A DNA stretch of 64,000 bases from Nitrospirota bacterium (GTDB lineage: Bacteria > Nitrospirota > UBA9217), in NCBI GenBank assembly GCA_963737155.1, contig CAVTRN010000001.1, forward strand, positions 992,001-1,056,000, written 5' to 3'. Positions 49,632-61,105 of the stretch are shown here, piece by piece; the first letter of the stretch is position 1; the number at the start of each line of letters is the position of its first letter. The notes under the pieces are model-generated. The model was given only the letters and a program-made list of their open reading frames with translations, made no database searches and was not told the origin of the DNA. The translations under genes were made by a program, and so were the position numbers.

Positions 49632-49725
49632 GATTGTTCTCCTTTGAGCTGCACATCGCTGCTGTTTTCGTGAACATATCAGAGGGTATCGGCGAAGTCA
49701 AGCACGTCTGCCGCAACCACGGAAA
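49628..49725 (-). pseudogene. Truncated 3' end of a gene formerly coupled to the nitroreductase
   Basis: VVAADVLDFADTL*YVHENSSDVQLKGEQS* ends in an ATGA overlap with the nitroreductase start. Confidence 0.3.
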
Positions 49726-50223
49726 GGAGGAATAGGCGAAAGATATAAGGTGTAAGAAGAATCCGCCAAGATGGAATGCCTAAACGCCAGCAGGAGGATT
49801 CAGGCAGGTCGCGATGAAAAATCACTGTTTCGATCTCTCTTTGTATCTTTGACACATTCACGTTAATCGTATTAAACATTGTAATTTTTTCTCTTATGAG
49901 AATATTCGCTTTTTTCAATGATCAATAGGAGAGGCCGAATCAGTTATTCTCCATTTATCCATGTTAAGGTTTAGGGATGCCTCGGCAAAATATAGTTGCA
50001 AGAGTTTCTGAGGATAGCCAAGTTTGTGCTAAGTTTATCCCGACAGTTGCATTGGCAGCATGAAGAAGGCGATGAGAAATGAAGATAATATTGCCACTTT
50101 TGACGACAACGGTATTTGTCATTGCTGTTGCTTAGCCTATGATGCTGAGCGTGTGATCTTGAGTATGGACTTGAACGAAAGGTAGTATAATGGTGCTAGG
50201 ACTTTCGATATCCTAGATACACC

Positions 50224-50320
50224 GTGCGACTATGCGGAGAACTTGATCTTGAAGAATCATATGCAGAAGGGTCAGCGCAGGGAAATTAGTTGGCGGCGCT
50301 AAAGCAATGAAGGAGTCATG
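50224..50320 (+). mobile_element. 5' end relic of a second group II intron
   Basis: GTGCGACTATGCGGAGAACTTG start, then GAAGAATC..GAAGG..AGCG and GAGTCATG blocks; no domain V found. Confidence 0.45.
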
Positions 50321-50623
50321 GTTATTTATGCCGGTGTTGCAACGATATGTACTACATATATGGCTGCGAAAAAGTCCACTGAAGAGTTGGAATGGTATTC
50401 CGTCTTTTGGTGGTGATCTGGAGATGGCACCTACAATTTATCGTCAAAGATCACAAGAACACTTATGGCAAGTGGACGGTAAGCGGCAATAACTTTTCAG
50501 CAGACTAGGTACGCATATTGCTTTTTTATCTCTACCTTCTGTTCCATGTTCATCAAAGCCGATGTTCCTGCTATAATAAAGATGGAATCAGGAATATTCC
50601 AGCGCACGCAAAACGAGGGGTCT

Positions 50624-51946
50624 TTGTCTATCCTGAATGAAGCATTGCACCGCGACCTTCCACTGATCCAGGAAGCAGACCTGGATGGAAAGGTTGTGCT
50701 TATCCGGTTCGATCATAACGTTGTGAAGAACGGCGTCATTCGCGACCCCTTCCGCATCGACCGGACCATCGGAACGCTTTTTCATGTCGTTGAGCGGGGC
50801 GGCAGGCCTGTGATGATGACCCACATAGGCAGGCCTAAAGATAAAAAAAGCGGAGCTATAACCTGTAGACCCGAGGAATCCGTTGAGCCGGTTGTGCGCT
50901 ACATCGAGCAGAAACTCCATACGAAATTGTATATTCCAGATTTTCCACAGGAGCCCGGCCGCGGTATTGTCGGGATTGACACGTCCATCAACCTTGCTGT
51001 TAGGGACCTAAGAGAGCGGAAGATCGGAGGTATCTACCTTCCAAATACTCGCTGGTTCCAGGGCGAGGAGGCTGAGGACGGGCTTCGGGAACGCTTCGCT
51101 CTCCAGCTTGCTGGTCTGGCTGATATTTATGTGAATGACGCATTCGGTTCCTGGCAGCCACACGCATCGACATACAACATAACGAGGCATCTTTCCTCCT
51201 ACGCAGGATACTTGCTTCAGCAGGAGATTACGCACTTGGATGGAGTGATGAAGCCCGGGCGGCCTTTCCTTGCTGTGGTCGCTGGCTCAAAATACGATAC
51301 CAAAATCAAACCCCTCAATGCCCTCTATGACAAGGTAGACCGCCTGATTCTCGGCGGCGTTATTTACAATACGTACCTCTGCGCCAAGTATCAGATACGA
51401 ATAAAAGGCGTGACCGACGAGGATAGAGTGCTCGCGCAGGAGCTCGTTGAGAAAGACCGTCTCACCAAGAAGATTGTCGAGCTTCCTCTCATCGTGGAAT
51501 CGGACATCGCAGACAAGCGGGTCGAAGGGAAATACCGGACAATTTCCACCAGGGACTTCAAACCCGGCGGCTTCTACGGATATGTCCTCGACATCGACCC
51601 ACGGTCATTTGAGGAAAGAAGCGTTGCGGAGGCCATTAATTCAGCAAAAACCATCTTTGTCAATGCCGTCATGGGATATACGCCTTACTTTTCCGCCGGT
51701 TCGCAGGCACTCGACAATACGATCGACCGGAATCGCGATGCCATGAAAATGTACGGCGGCGGAGATACTCTTCAGGAATTTAAAAACCTTCTGCCGGGTC
51801 TTTATCTTTCCGTCATGGACGATGCGAGCTACTATTTCTTCACTGGCGGTGGAACAGTGCTCACCGCGATCGAGCGTGGCAGTCCCTATGGTCTTGAACC
51901 CATAGAAGCATTGATGGATGCGAAGAAAAAAAAGCCGGAACGATAG
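50624..51946 (+). CDS. pgk: Phosphoglycerate kinase
   Basis: RFDHNV, THIGRP, YVNDAFG, GGGDT, TGGG; TTG start behind GAGGGG (50582 alternative). Confidence 0.9.
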   Translation: MSILNEALHRDLPLIQEADLDGKVVLIRFDHNVVKNGVIRDPFRIDRTIGTLFHVVERGGRPVMMTHIGRPKDKKSGAITCRPEESVEPVVRYIEQKLHTKLYIPDFPQEPGRGIVGIDTSINLAVRDLRERKIGGIYLPNTRWFQGEEAEDGLRERFALQLAGLADIYVNDAFGSWQPHASTYNITRHLSSYAGYLLQQEITHLDGVMKPGRPFLAVVAGSKYDTKIKPLNALYDKVDRLILGGVIYNTYLCAKYQIRIKGVTDEDRVLAQELVEKDRLTKKIVELPLIVESDIADKRVEGKYRTISTRDFKPGGFYGYVLDIDPRSFEERSVAEAINSAKTIFVNAVMGYTPYFSAGSQALDNTIDRNRDAMKMYGGGDTLQEFKNLLPGLYLSVMDDASYYFFTGGGTVLTAIERGSPYGLEPIEALMDAKKKKPER

Positions 51947-52242
51947 GACAAGACTATGCCAGTCTATAACAGTCTTGCACCGGAAGGATAGGCGGCATAA
52001 TAATTTCAAGCAGAAGAACCTGTAATAAAGAATGAGCGGCTGTTCAATGCTGATGTTAGTCTCAGCCGTTCGATGTACTCTGTATTAGATCTACTTCGTT
52101 TATTACTATCAAACCTCTACGCATGAGCGAAAGATCCTATTCTCTTCTTCATTGATGCGCTCTTCCTATTTCGAAACCAGAAATGGCAAATCAAGCGACT
52201 CCGGTTTGGATACCGCAGCCGCTCTCAAAGCAGGATGATGGT

Positions 52243-54162
52243 TTACGTTGAACGGGCATTCGCGTTTTCGACCATAAGCTTCGCCATTGACTTTGCAAAA
52301 GCAGTGGGCTCCTTGACCTTGGAGCCCTCGAGCAGAAGTGCCTGGTTATACAGAAGGTCGATATATTCCTTCAGGAGCTCGTCTTGCCCGCCCTTGTCGA
52401 TGAGGTTGTTCATAGCCATGAAAACCTGGTGCGCCGCGTTGATTTCCAAGATTCTTTTGTCAGACGGCACTTCCTGCCCCATGGACTTGAGCAGCGTCTC
52501 CATTTGCGGATCGAGCCCGCCCTCGTCGGCAACGAGGCAGCAGGCTGAGTCCGTGAGCCTGCCGGACAGGCGAACGTCCTTGACCTCGTTTTTCAGCTGC
52601 TCTTTTATCATATTGAGCAACTTTCCGAATTTCTCCTTCGATTTTTCCTTTTCCGTGCCGCTGGACGTTTCGAGACTGATGTCACCCTTGATGACCGATT
52701 TAATCTTCTTACCCTTGTATTCCTTCAGGGACGACAGGATGATGTCGTCGATGTCATCGGTCATGACCATGACTTCATAGCCCTTTTCGCGGAACGCTTC
52801 CAGGTACGGCGACTGCAGGATATTCTCGTCGGGCCTGCCAGTGATGTAATAGATCTCGCCCTGAGCAATCGGCATGTTCTGCACGTAATCCTCAAACGTC
52901 GTAAACTTGCCTGCCTCTGTTTTGGTCGAAGGGAACAGCATGAGATCGGCTATCTGCTCTTTCCGTGAAAAATCGAAGTGGATGCCTTCTTTGAGCACCC
53001 TGCCAAACTCTTTGTAAAACGAGACATATGAGTCAAAAGCGCTTTTCTTCATGTCCGACAGTGTGTCAAGTACTTTTTTGGTGATATTTTTCTTGATAAC
53101 CTCAACATGCCTGTTGGACTGTAGGATTTCCCGGGATACGTTCAACGGCAGGTCTGACGAGTCGACCACGCCCTTGATGAAGCGCAGGTACTCTGGGATG
53201 AGTTGTTCGCAGTGATCCATGATCTGGACCCGCTTGACGTACAGTGTGAGACCGAGCTTGTAGTCGCGATATAGGATTCCATAGGGCGCCTTTGCCGGGA
53301 TGTAGAGTAGCGCGGTGAATTCCGACGTGCCTTCTGCGCGATAATGTATGATTTTCGCAGGATCGCCGAAGTCGTGGGATATATGCCGGTAGAACTCGTT
53401 GTACTCATCGGCCTTGACCTCCGAGGAGTCTCTGAGCCAGATGGCCTTACCAGAATTCATCTTTTCTTCTTCGATGACTTTAATCTTTTTGTCCTTTTCG
53501 AGCGGGTTATCTTTTTCCCGTTCAACGTCAATCATAACAGGATGCTCGATGTAATCGGAGTATTTCCTGATGATCGATTTTATTTCCCACTCGTTTAGAT
53601 AATTATTGTCCTCGGCCTTAAGGTGGAGGATGACGTCGGAACCGGCACGCTCTTTTTCGGTCTCTTCGATGGTAAAGGTACCGTCTGCGCTCGATTCCCA
53701 TTTAACCGCTTTTTTTGTCGCTTCCGTCGCTTTTCTTGTTACGACCGTGACCTTGTCGGACACCATGAAGGATGAATAGAACCCCACGCCGAACTGACCG
53801 ATGAGTTCCGGCTTGTCCTTCAGCTCCTTGCTTTGCAGTGCGAGCAGGAATTCCTTGGTGCCTGAATGGGCTATGGTCCCAAGTTCGGTGACGACTTCAT
53901 CATGGGTCATTCCAATCCCATTGTCGCTCACTGTCAGCGTGCCAGCCGCCTTGTCGACAATAATTTTTATTTTCCATTCGCCGGTGTTATCGAGGATATC
54001 CTTGTTCGTGAGCGATTCAAACCTTGCCTTGTCTATGGCATCGGAGGCATTGGAAATGAGTTCCCGTAAAAAAATCTCCTTGTGGGAGTAGAGGGAGTGA
54101 ATCATCAGGTTCAAAAGTTCTTTTACTTCGGTCTTAAATTCCTTCTTTTCCACAGTAGTCAT
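52243..54162 (-). CDS. htpG: Hsp90 chaperone
   Basis: FLRELISNASDA, IGQFGVGFYS, DLPLNVSRE, LEIN. Confidence 0.97.
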   Translation of the reverse strand: MTTVEKKEFKTEVKELLNLMIHSLYSHKEIFLRELISNASDAIDKARFESLTNKDILDNTGEWKIKIIVDKAAGTLTVSDNGIGMTHDEVVTELGTIAHSGTKEFLLALQSKELKDKPELIGQFGVGFYSSFMVSDKVTVVTRKATEATKKAVKWESSADGTFTIEETEKERAGSDVILHLKAEDNNYLNEWEIKSIIRKYSDYIEHPVMIDVEREKDNPLEKDKKIKVIEEEKMNSGKAIWLRDSSEVKADEYNEFYRHISHDFGDPAKIIHYRAEGTSEFTALLYIPAKAPYGILYRDYKLGLTLYVKRVQIMDHCEQLIPEYLRFIKGVVDSSDLPLNVSREILQSNRHVEVIKKNITKKVLDTLSDMKKSAFDSYVSFYKEFGRVLKEGIHFDFSRKEQIADLMLFPSTKTEAGKFTTFEDYVQNMPIAQGEIYYITGRPDENILQSPYLEAFREKGYEVMVMTDDIDDIILSSLKEYKGKKIKSVIKGDISLETSSGTEKEKSKEKFGKLLNMIKEQLKNEVKDVRLSGRLTDSACCLVADEGGLDPQMETLLKSMGQEVPSDKRILEINAAHQVFMAMNNLIDKGGQDELLKEYIDLLYNQALLLEGSKVKEPTAFAKSMAKLMVENANARST

Positions 54163-54701
54163 TGATTCACCTCAATAATAATTGTTCTCGGGGGAATAGA
54201 TACCCATTCGTCTATGGTGGAACCGTAACAGTCGCTGCATAAGACAAAAATATTTATACTGGGAAAACCTATTGCTTGTCAAGAAGTTTAAAAGAGAAAC
54301 CGGACTATGATCAGGATTGGCTTCTGCGCTTCGGTTTAGAGTTACGTGGAAATAGCACTTCGAGGCCCGGGACGGCGGCTTGTTATCGGAGATACAGAAA
54401 TCAAACGATGACGAAATTCATAATCAGCTGCTTTTAGGGGATCGCAAAAAAACCGCGATCTAGCAGCGAAGCGTTAATGATCAGCGATCATATAATATCT
54501 TAAAAGAAAAATATGCATTGCCCAGATGACTGGGGGAGTAAGGCAAAACTAAAATCGGCAAGAACTATCTTCCCCCTTCTGCCGTTGACTAGCTTCTCGT
54601 CTCAAAGACCAGTCTTCAAAATATAATTTAATTTTTCATCAAAAACAAGATACAAACTCTCATACTTTGAGCGAAACAAAAACATTTTTATTCCGCGCCC
54701 A

Positions 54702-55235
54702 TCACCTCGCGATCGCAACCCGGGCGGCCTGGGGTCCTTCCTTTCCCTGTTCTTCGATGAACGTGACTTCGGTTCCGAATTTCAACCTGCTGAACTCCTC
54801 ATTGAGGACACTGTTGCGGTGAAAATAAATTTCGCGGTTATCCGGTGTTTTTATAAAACCGTAAGCCTCGCCCGGAAATATCCTCGCAATACGGCCGGTC
54901 GGCATCGCTGCATGGAACTTAACTTCGCCCTGTATCCGGCCCGCATGTTCTTCAAGAAGCCTTACAGCGACGTCAAAAGCGTCGCGAACTGATACATAGA
55001 TGTCCTCGTTTTCCTGACGGCTGACAGCCAATTCTTTGCCGGGGACAGTGATGTCGATGCGAATACTGTACAGTTTACCCTGATGGTGCCTACGCTGCGA
55101 TTCCTCCACCGCGACCCTGCAGCTCATAATTCTGTCATAGAATCTGTCCAGTTTCGCAGCTTTTTCGTTGATGTTCGCTTCAATGGCTTCAGATTTTGGA
55201 ATGTTCCGAAACGTAATTTGTAAAGGAATTCTCAT
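54702..55235 (-). CDS. HPF/RaiA-domain protein fused to a cold-shock domain
   Basis: LQITFRN..SEAIE..CRV..VRDAFD; YGFI..IYFHRNSV..GPQA. Confidence 0.85.
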   Translation of the reverse strand: MRIPLQITFRNIPKSEAIEANINEKAAKLDRFYDRIMSCRVAVEESQRRHHQGKLYSIRIDITVPGKELAVSRQENEDIYVSVRDAFDVAVRLLEEHAGRIQGEVKFHAAMPTGRIARIFPGEAYGFIKTPDNREIYFHRNSVLNEEFSRLKFGTEVTFIEEQGKEGPQAARVAIAR

Positions 55236-55746
55236 ACTTAGCCTCCCGTATCCAAAAAAACATTTTTTCATGTCCTCTTAAATCAAACGTAACACCAAAT
55301 ATTGAAACTGTCAAATGGCGGGACGAAGTGCTTCAATGGAATAATTCAGGGTTCAGAATACAAAAGAGACGATAGGCTAATTGTGCGCTTATCACGCCAG
55401 ATGTTCATCTTCGTGGAACATCCAAAGATAGATAGGGGCGAGGAACAATGCAGGTCCCGAGTGTTAAGCGAACCACCAGAGCGGATCTTCGGCTTTTCCT
55501 GTTTCCGAAGCACCACCCCGATAATGGTCGCGGAGTTCACCGCTGCAATTAGCGGAATTCGACGGTCGATAGATCTTCAGCGGCCCGCGAGTCGAGATTG
55601 TGATGTTGAGGATAATTGTGTGTATGATCTCCTTTTTCGCTATCGTGGCTATCTTTTTTCGATTTCACGGCCAGCTGCAAAACTTCATGGCCTTCTTTCC
55701 TCTCTCAAGAAGACTACGCATTAACTATATTTTTTTATGATGGTTT

Positions 55747-56694
55747 TTAAGCACTCGCCTTGTTCAGCAGCGCAACGGAAAAATCATCTAGATCAAGTCG
55801 TGTGGCGGCAGTAAGATCGTTCAATTGTTCTATGCTCGTAGCGCTGGTAATAGGGGCGGTAATGCCCGGTCGGGCCATCAGCCATGCAAGCGAGATAGTC
55901 GCGGGTTTTGTGTTATATTTTCGGGCAACCTGATCCAAAGCCTCAAGAATGAGGAAGCCCCGCTTGTTCAGGTACAATCTGATCCCTTGCCCGCGGATGC
56001 TCTTGGACAGGTCATTTTCCGAATGGTACTTACCTGTGAGAAAGCCGCTGGCCAGCGAATAATAAGTTATAACGCCCAACCCATATTCGCGGCAGAGCGG
56101 TTCCAGCGATTGTTCATATTCGACTCGGTCATAAAGATTGTATCTCGGCTGCAGGCATTGATAGGCCGGATATCCCCGTTCCTTACTGGTTTGCAAAGAC
56201 TGCGAAATCCGCTCGGTGCTGAAATTGGAAGCGCCGATGGCTCGTACTTTGCCCTGTTTGATCAACTGGGCGTATGCTTCCAACGTTTCCTCTACAGGCG
56301 TGCCGGGATCGTCCTTATGGGACTGATAGAGATCAATAACGTCCGTTTGGAGGCGGCGCAGCGATTCTTCTACGGCGCGGAGGATATAAACTTTTGATAG
56401 TCCTTTTCTGCCCGGCCCCATTTCGCCTCCGACCTTTGTGGCGATCACGACCCTGGCTCGGTTTCCGCTTTTCTTCAACCACTTCCCGATTATGGTTTCT
56501 GATTCACCACCCTTGTGTCCAGCGACCCATGTTGAGTAGGTGTCGGCAGTATCGATCATATTGCCACCCGCACCTACGAAGGCATCGAGGATACCGAATG
56601 CCGTTGGTTCATCCACCGTCCAGCCGAAGACGTTTCCTCCTAGGGCGAGGGGATAAACTTCAATGTCTGAATTTCCCAATCTGCGTTTCTTCAT
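55747..56694 (-). CDS. Aldo/keto reductase
   Basis: LGGNVFG, DTADTY, ATK, DLYQSH, IGASN. Confidence 0.93.
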   Translation of the reverse strand: MKKRRLGNSDIEVYPLALGGNVFGWTVDEPTAFGILDAFVGAGGNMIDTADTYSTWVAGHKGGESETIIGKWLKKSGNRARVVIATKVGGEMGPGRKGLSKVYILRAVEESLRRLQTDVIDLYQSHKDDPGTPVEETLEAYAQLIKQGKVRAIGASNFSTERISQSLQTSKERGYPAYQCLQPRYNLYDRVEYEQSLEPLCREYGLGVITYYSLASGFLTGKYHSENDLSKSIRGQGIRLYLNKRGFLILEALDQVARKYNTKPATISLAWLMARPGITAPITSATSIEQLNDLTAATRLDLDDFSVALLNKASA

Positions 56695-59600
56695 GATGTG
56701 AGCTCTCCTGTGGAATGTTCTTCAGCCGTCTCCTTTTTTGTATGCTCAGCGGCGAGGAACAGGTACATTGCCGGCACCACAAACAGCGTGAACAGCGTGC
56801 CGATCGAGACTCCGGTCATTATTACCAACCCCATGTTGAAACGGCCCGCCGCGCCCGCACCAGATGCCGTCACTAGCGGCAGCACGCCTAGAACCATCGC
56901 GGCCGTGGTCATCAGGATTGGCCGAAGCCGTATGGCAGCGGCCATCTCAACGGCTTCACGTTTGTTTTTGCCTTCCCGCTGCATATCGTTGGCGAATTGT
57001 ACAATCAGAATGCCATGTTTGCTGATTAGACCGATGAGCGTTACCAAACCCACCTCGGAATAGATGTTCAAGCTTGCGCCGCCGATGCCGATGCTAATGA
57101 AGATCATGGCTCCACAGATCGACATGGGCACGCTCACAAGCACGGTGAAGGGATCGCGGAAACTCTCGAACAGCGCCGCAAGGGAGAGGAATATAATTAT
57201 CAGCGAAAACACGAACGTGACGAGCAGCGCGCTTGATTCCTGCACATATTGCCGCGACTGTCCGGCATAATCGATGCTGTAGTTCTGGGGCAGTACTTCC
57301 GATGCAATTTTTTTGAGCGTCTCGATCGCCTGCCCCTGCGTGACGCCGGGTGCAGTTACACCGGAGATCGTTGCTGAATTGAGCTGCTGAAAATGGTTAA
57401 GTGATTCAGGAACCACGGTTGTTTTAAGGCTGGTGACCGTTGAAAGTGGGACCGTTTCCCCTTCCGGTGTTGTAATGTAGTAGTCCTGCAGCTGTGCGGC
57501 GTTCAGGCGGTCGCGCTGCATCACCTGGGGGATCACCTCGTAGGAGCGCCCGGCAAGGCTGAAGTAATTGACATAGCCGCCGCCGAGCATGGAACCCAGT
57601 GCGCCGCCCACGTCACTCATTGTCAAACCAAGCAGAGCCGCCTTGTCGCGGTTGAACTCCACCGTTGTTTGCGGCTTGTCGATCTTCAGGTCGCTGTCGA
57701 GGAACGCGAACATGCCACTGGTGTATGCCTTGCCCATGAGCGCCAGGGACACGTCGTTCAGACGCTCGAACGGCTCGGTGGTGCCGATCACGAATTGGAC
57801 AGGTAGACCACGTCCTGAACCGGGCAGAGGTGACCGCTGGAAGGCAACACTGCGCAAGCCTGCGATCCGGCCGAGATCCGCCTGCACCAGCGGTTGGATT
57901 TGGTCCGCTGTGCGTTTACGTTCGTCCCAGGGTTTCAGGACCATGCCTGCGATGGTTGAGTTTAGTCCGCTGATGCCGTCGAACTGGAATATATGGTCTG
58001 TTTCCGGGAACGAGACATAGTCCTGATACACTAGCCTGGAGTAGAGCTGCGTCTGGTCAAGACTTGCATCGGGAGCAGCTGTGCCCAGACTGATAATGAT
58101 GCCTTGGTCCTCCAGCGGCGCGAGTTCGCTCTTCGAAGAGGCATAGAGGAAATAGATGCTGATCAAAATGATGGCTCCGAAAACCCCGATGACCGGTAGG
58201 GAATTGAGCGCTCCATGTAGCACCCGTTCATAGGCGCGCCGCAGGGTGTTGAACTGGGTATCGATGAAAGACGCGAACCGGCCCTGCCCGCCGTGGCCAG
58301 CGGGCTTCAGGAACCGCGAACACATCATAGGAGACAATGTCAGGGCGATGATTGCTGATACGGCGACGGCGCCGGCGAGGGTATAAGCGAACTCGGTGAA
58401 TAGCGCTCCGGTGAGTCCCCCCATGAACCCGATAGGCACATACACGGCGATGAGCACCACCGAAATCGCAATAATCGGACCGGCCAGTTCCCGTGCGCCC
58501 TGGATTGCCGCTTGCAGGGGCATCAAGCCTCCTTCCATATGTCGGTGCACGTTTTCCACCACAATGATGGCGTCGTCCACCACGAGCCCGATGGCGAGCA
58601 CAAGCGCGAGGAGAGTGAGCAGATTGATTGTATAACCGAGAATCAGCATGATGAAGAAGGCGCCGATCAGGGAAAGCGGCATGGCAATCGTCGGAATGAT
58701 GACCGACCTGATGGTGCCGAGGAACAGGAATATCACGGCTGTCACAATCAGGAGCGCTTCCGCCAGCGTGATGATCACTTCGTGAATCGAGCTGTTCACG
58801 TACTTGGTGGCGTCGTACACGATGCGCCCTTCGAGGCCCTCGGGCAACTGCTGGGCGATCCCGGGGAACGCCTTGCGAACCCCGTCGATCACCGTGAGCA
58901 GGTTGGCAGTGGGTGCCACTAGGATGCCGACATAGACAGCGCTCTGGCCGTCAAAAGAAACGGCGGTGTCGTAATCTTCCGAGCCGAGCGACACTTTGGC
59001 GACATCACCGAGACGGACAATAGCGCCATCTTTCGACTTGATGGCCAAGTTTCTGAATTCCTCGACCGAATGCAGGCCCGTGTCCGCTGTGAGATCGACG
59101 GTTACCATCTGACCTTTGGTGCGGCCGACAGCTGAGATGAAGTCGTTCGCCGCGAGGGCATTGCTTACGTCTGTGCCGCTAACACCGTAGGCGGCCATTT
59201 TGTCCGGGTTGAGCCAGGCCCGCAGCGCAAAGCGGCGCTGGCCGAGAATCTCGGCTGTCTGCACGCCCTCAACGGCCTGCAGCTTGGGCTGGACCACCCG
59301 GATGAGATAGTCGGTGATCTGATTCGTGGGCAGCACTTTACTGTAGAACCCGAGATACATGGAATCGATAGTCTCACCTACAGCGACGGTGATTACCGGC
59401 TGCTGCGAACCCCGCGGCAGCTGATTCAGAACCGCGTTGACCCTCGTATTGATCTCAGTCAGGGCCTTGTTCGGGTCGTAGTTCAGGCGCAGGCTGGCCT
59501 GGATTGAGCTCACGCTCAGCATGCTCGACGAGGTGAGATAGTCGATGCCGTTGGCCTGGGCGATTGAATTTTCGAGCGGCGTCGTGATGAATCCGGCCAC

Positions 59601-59774
59601 CAGAGCCGGATCGGCTCCATAATATGTCGTCGAAACCGTTACGACCGCGTTCTGGGTCAACGGATATTGGCGAATCGGAAGGACCCCGGCCGAACGCAAG
59701 CCCAGTACCAAAATCAGCAGGCTGACTACGGTGGCGAGCACCGGACGTTTTATGAAGAGATCAGTAAATTTCAT
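56691..59774 (-). CDS. RND efflux permease (MexI/MexW-like)
   Basis: FIKRPV, GLVVDDAIIVVEN, SKHGILIV, RLRPILMT. Confidence 0.95.
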   Translation of the reverse strand: MKFTDLFIKRPVLATVVSLLILVLGLRSAGVLPIRQYPLTQNAVVTVSTTYYGADPALVAGFITTPLENSIAQANGIDYLTSSSMLSVSSIQASLRLNYDPNKALTEINTRVNAVLNQLPRGSQQPVITVAVGETIDSMYLGFYSKVLPTNQITDYLIRVVQPKLQAVEGVQTAEILGQRRFALRAWLNPDKMAAYGVSGTDVSNALAANDFISAVGRTKGQMVTVDLTADTGLHSVEEFRNLAIKSKDGAIVRLGDVAKVSLGSEDYDTAVSFDGQSAVYVGILVAPTANLLTVIDGVRKAFPGIAQQLPEGLEGRIVYDATKYVNSSIHEVIITLAEALLIVTAVIFLFLGTIRSVIIPTIAMPLSLIGAFFIMLILGYTINLLTLLALVLAIGLVVDDAIIVVENVHRHMEGGLMPLQAAIQGARELAGPIIAISVVLIAVYVPIGFMGGLTGALFTEFAYTLAGAVAVSAIIALTLSPMMCSRFLKPAGHGGQGRFASFIDTQFNTLRRAYERVLHGALNSLPVIGVFGAIILISIYFLYASSKSELAPLEDQGIIISLGTAAPDASLDQTQLYSRLVYQDYVSFPETDHIFQFDGISGLNSTIAGMVLKPWDERKRTADQIQPLVQADLGRIAGLRSVAFQRSPLPGSGRGLPVQFVIGTTEPFERLNDVSLALMGKAYTSGMFAFLDSDLKIDKPQTTVEFNRDKAALLGLTMSDVGGALGSMLGGGYVNYFSLAGRSYEVIPQVMQRDRLNAAQLQDYYITTPEGETVPLSTVTSLKTTVVPESLNHFQQLNSATISGVTAPGVTQGQAIETLKKIASEVLPQNYSIDYAGQSRQYVQESSALLVTFVFSLIIIFLSLAALFESFRDPFTVLVSVPMSICGAMIFISIGIGGASLNIYSEVGLVTLIGLISKHGILIVQFANDMQREGKNKREAVEMAAAIRLRPILMTTAAMVLGVLPLVTASGAGAAGRFNMGLVIMTGVSIGTLFTLFVVPAMYLFLAAEHTKKETAEEHSTGELTS

Positions 59775-59851
59775 GGAAAAACTCTTAATTCTGCTTCATG
59801 TCTCGTTTTTTGAATTGTGGTTAATTAAAAGCTCCCGACTCAAAAACTTTC

Positions 59852-60979
59852 TTACTGGTCCACCGGCTTCGGCGCCGCGTCATTGGAAGGCTGAACCTTA
59901 TTGTCTATGACCACGGGGCTGCCGTTTCTGATCTTTAACTGGCCGCTGGTCACCACCATTTCGCCTTCCTTGAGACCTGTCAGGATCGTCACTTGATCTC
60001 CTCGCTTCTCTCCCACGGAAACGAAGGATTGTTTCACGGTCAGGAGCGGCTTGTTGCCTGGCCCCTTGGAGCCTTCCTCGACAATGAAGATTGTATCGCC
60101 GTAGGGGTTATAGACCACGGCTGTTTGCGGCAGCGTGAGGTATCGCTGTACTGCGCCGGACTGGACCTCGATTGATGCGAACATGCCGGGCAGAAGCACG
60201 CGGCGGGAATTACTGATCAGCGCTTCAGCCTGGAAATTCCTCGTTTCAGGATCCACCTTCGGATCGATCGTCGTTATTTTGCCGCTGAAGGTCCGGCCCG
60301 GGTAGGTGTCGGTATTGACGATAACTGCCTGGCCGATTGCTATATGGGAAAGTTCCTGCTGCGGCACATAAAAATCGACGTACAGTGAATCAAGCGACTG
60401 CAATGTGACGATCTTGTCTCCCGGGTTCAGGTACTGACCGGGGTTAACCGTGCTGATTCCGAGCTTGCCCGCGAACGGGGCGTTTATCGTCTTTTTGTCC
60501 ACGAGCGCCTGCTGTTGATCAACCTGCGCCCGCTTGCTCTTAAGGTCGGCGGCATCGGCGTCGAGTGTTGCCTGGCTTACGGCCTGAACTTCAAATTGTT
60601 TCTTGTCCCTGTTGTTGTTTGTCTGGGCCAGGTCCGCCGCTACCTTCAGCGATTCTAGCTGCGCCCTGTCGGCATCGGCATTGAGTTCGACCAGAAGTTG
60701 CCCCTTCCTCACCTCGTCGCCGGACTTGAAATGAAGTGAGCGTACCAGGCCGGAAATCTCGCAAGTGACGTCCACGCCGAGGACCGCACGCAGGGTTCCC
60801 ACTGCTCTGATCTGCGGCTGCCAAGGTTGATATTCGGCTGTTATCGCGGTTACGGTCGCGGGCGGAAGTTTCATGGACGCGTATTTCTTCATCATCCGGC
60901 CCTGAAATATTTTATATCCGAGAACGCCGCCGAACAGAACGCCGACGACGGCGAGCATGATGATCATTCGCTTGGCCAT
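59852..60979 (-). CDS. RND periplasmic adaptor (MexH/MexV-like)
   Basis: N-terminal TM, lipoyl motifs, APFAG, LLPGMF. Confidence 0.92.
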   Translation of the reverse strand: MAKRMIIMLAVVGVLFGGVLGYKIFQGRMMKKYASMKLPPATVTAITAEYQPWQPQIRAVGTLRAVLGVDVTCEISGLVRSLHFKSGDEVRKGQLLVELNADADRAQLESLKVAADLAQTNNNRDKKQFEVQAVSQATLDADAADLKSKRAQVDQQQALVDKKTINAPFAGKLGISTVNPGQYLNPGDKIVTLQSLDSLYVDFYVPQQELSHIAIGQAVIVNTDTYPGRTFSGKITTIDPKVDPETRNFQAEALISNSRRVLLPGMFASIEVQSGAVQRYLTLPQTAVVYNPYGDTIFIVEEGSKGPGNKPLLTVKQSFVSVGEKRGDQVTILTGLKEGEMVVTSGQLKIRNGSPVVIDNKVQPSNDAAPKPVDQ

Positions 60980-61105
60980 GATATCTCCAATTTGACTGTG
61001 AAGTGCCAAAAAGCTATTGATGTCAATCCGGTTTGTCCGAAAAAATCGCTCCTTATGTATAAGACAGCTTTATCGTTACCCTGATTCAGGGGGAACTGGA
61101 GCATT

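Noticed and set aside
54351-54380. Possible CIRCE element upstream of htpG
   Set aside because: Only the left half (TAGCACT) matches; the right arm is absent.
55340-55620. Possible membrane-transporter relic on the minus strand
   Set aside because: Fragments such as RGPL and IIGVVLR are too degraded to assign a family.
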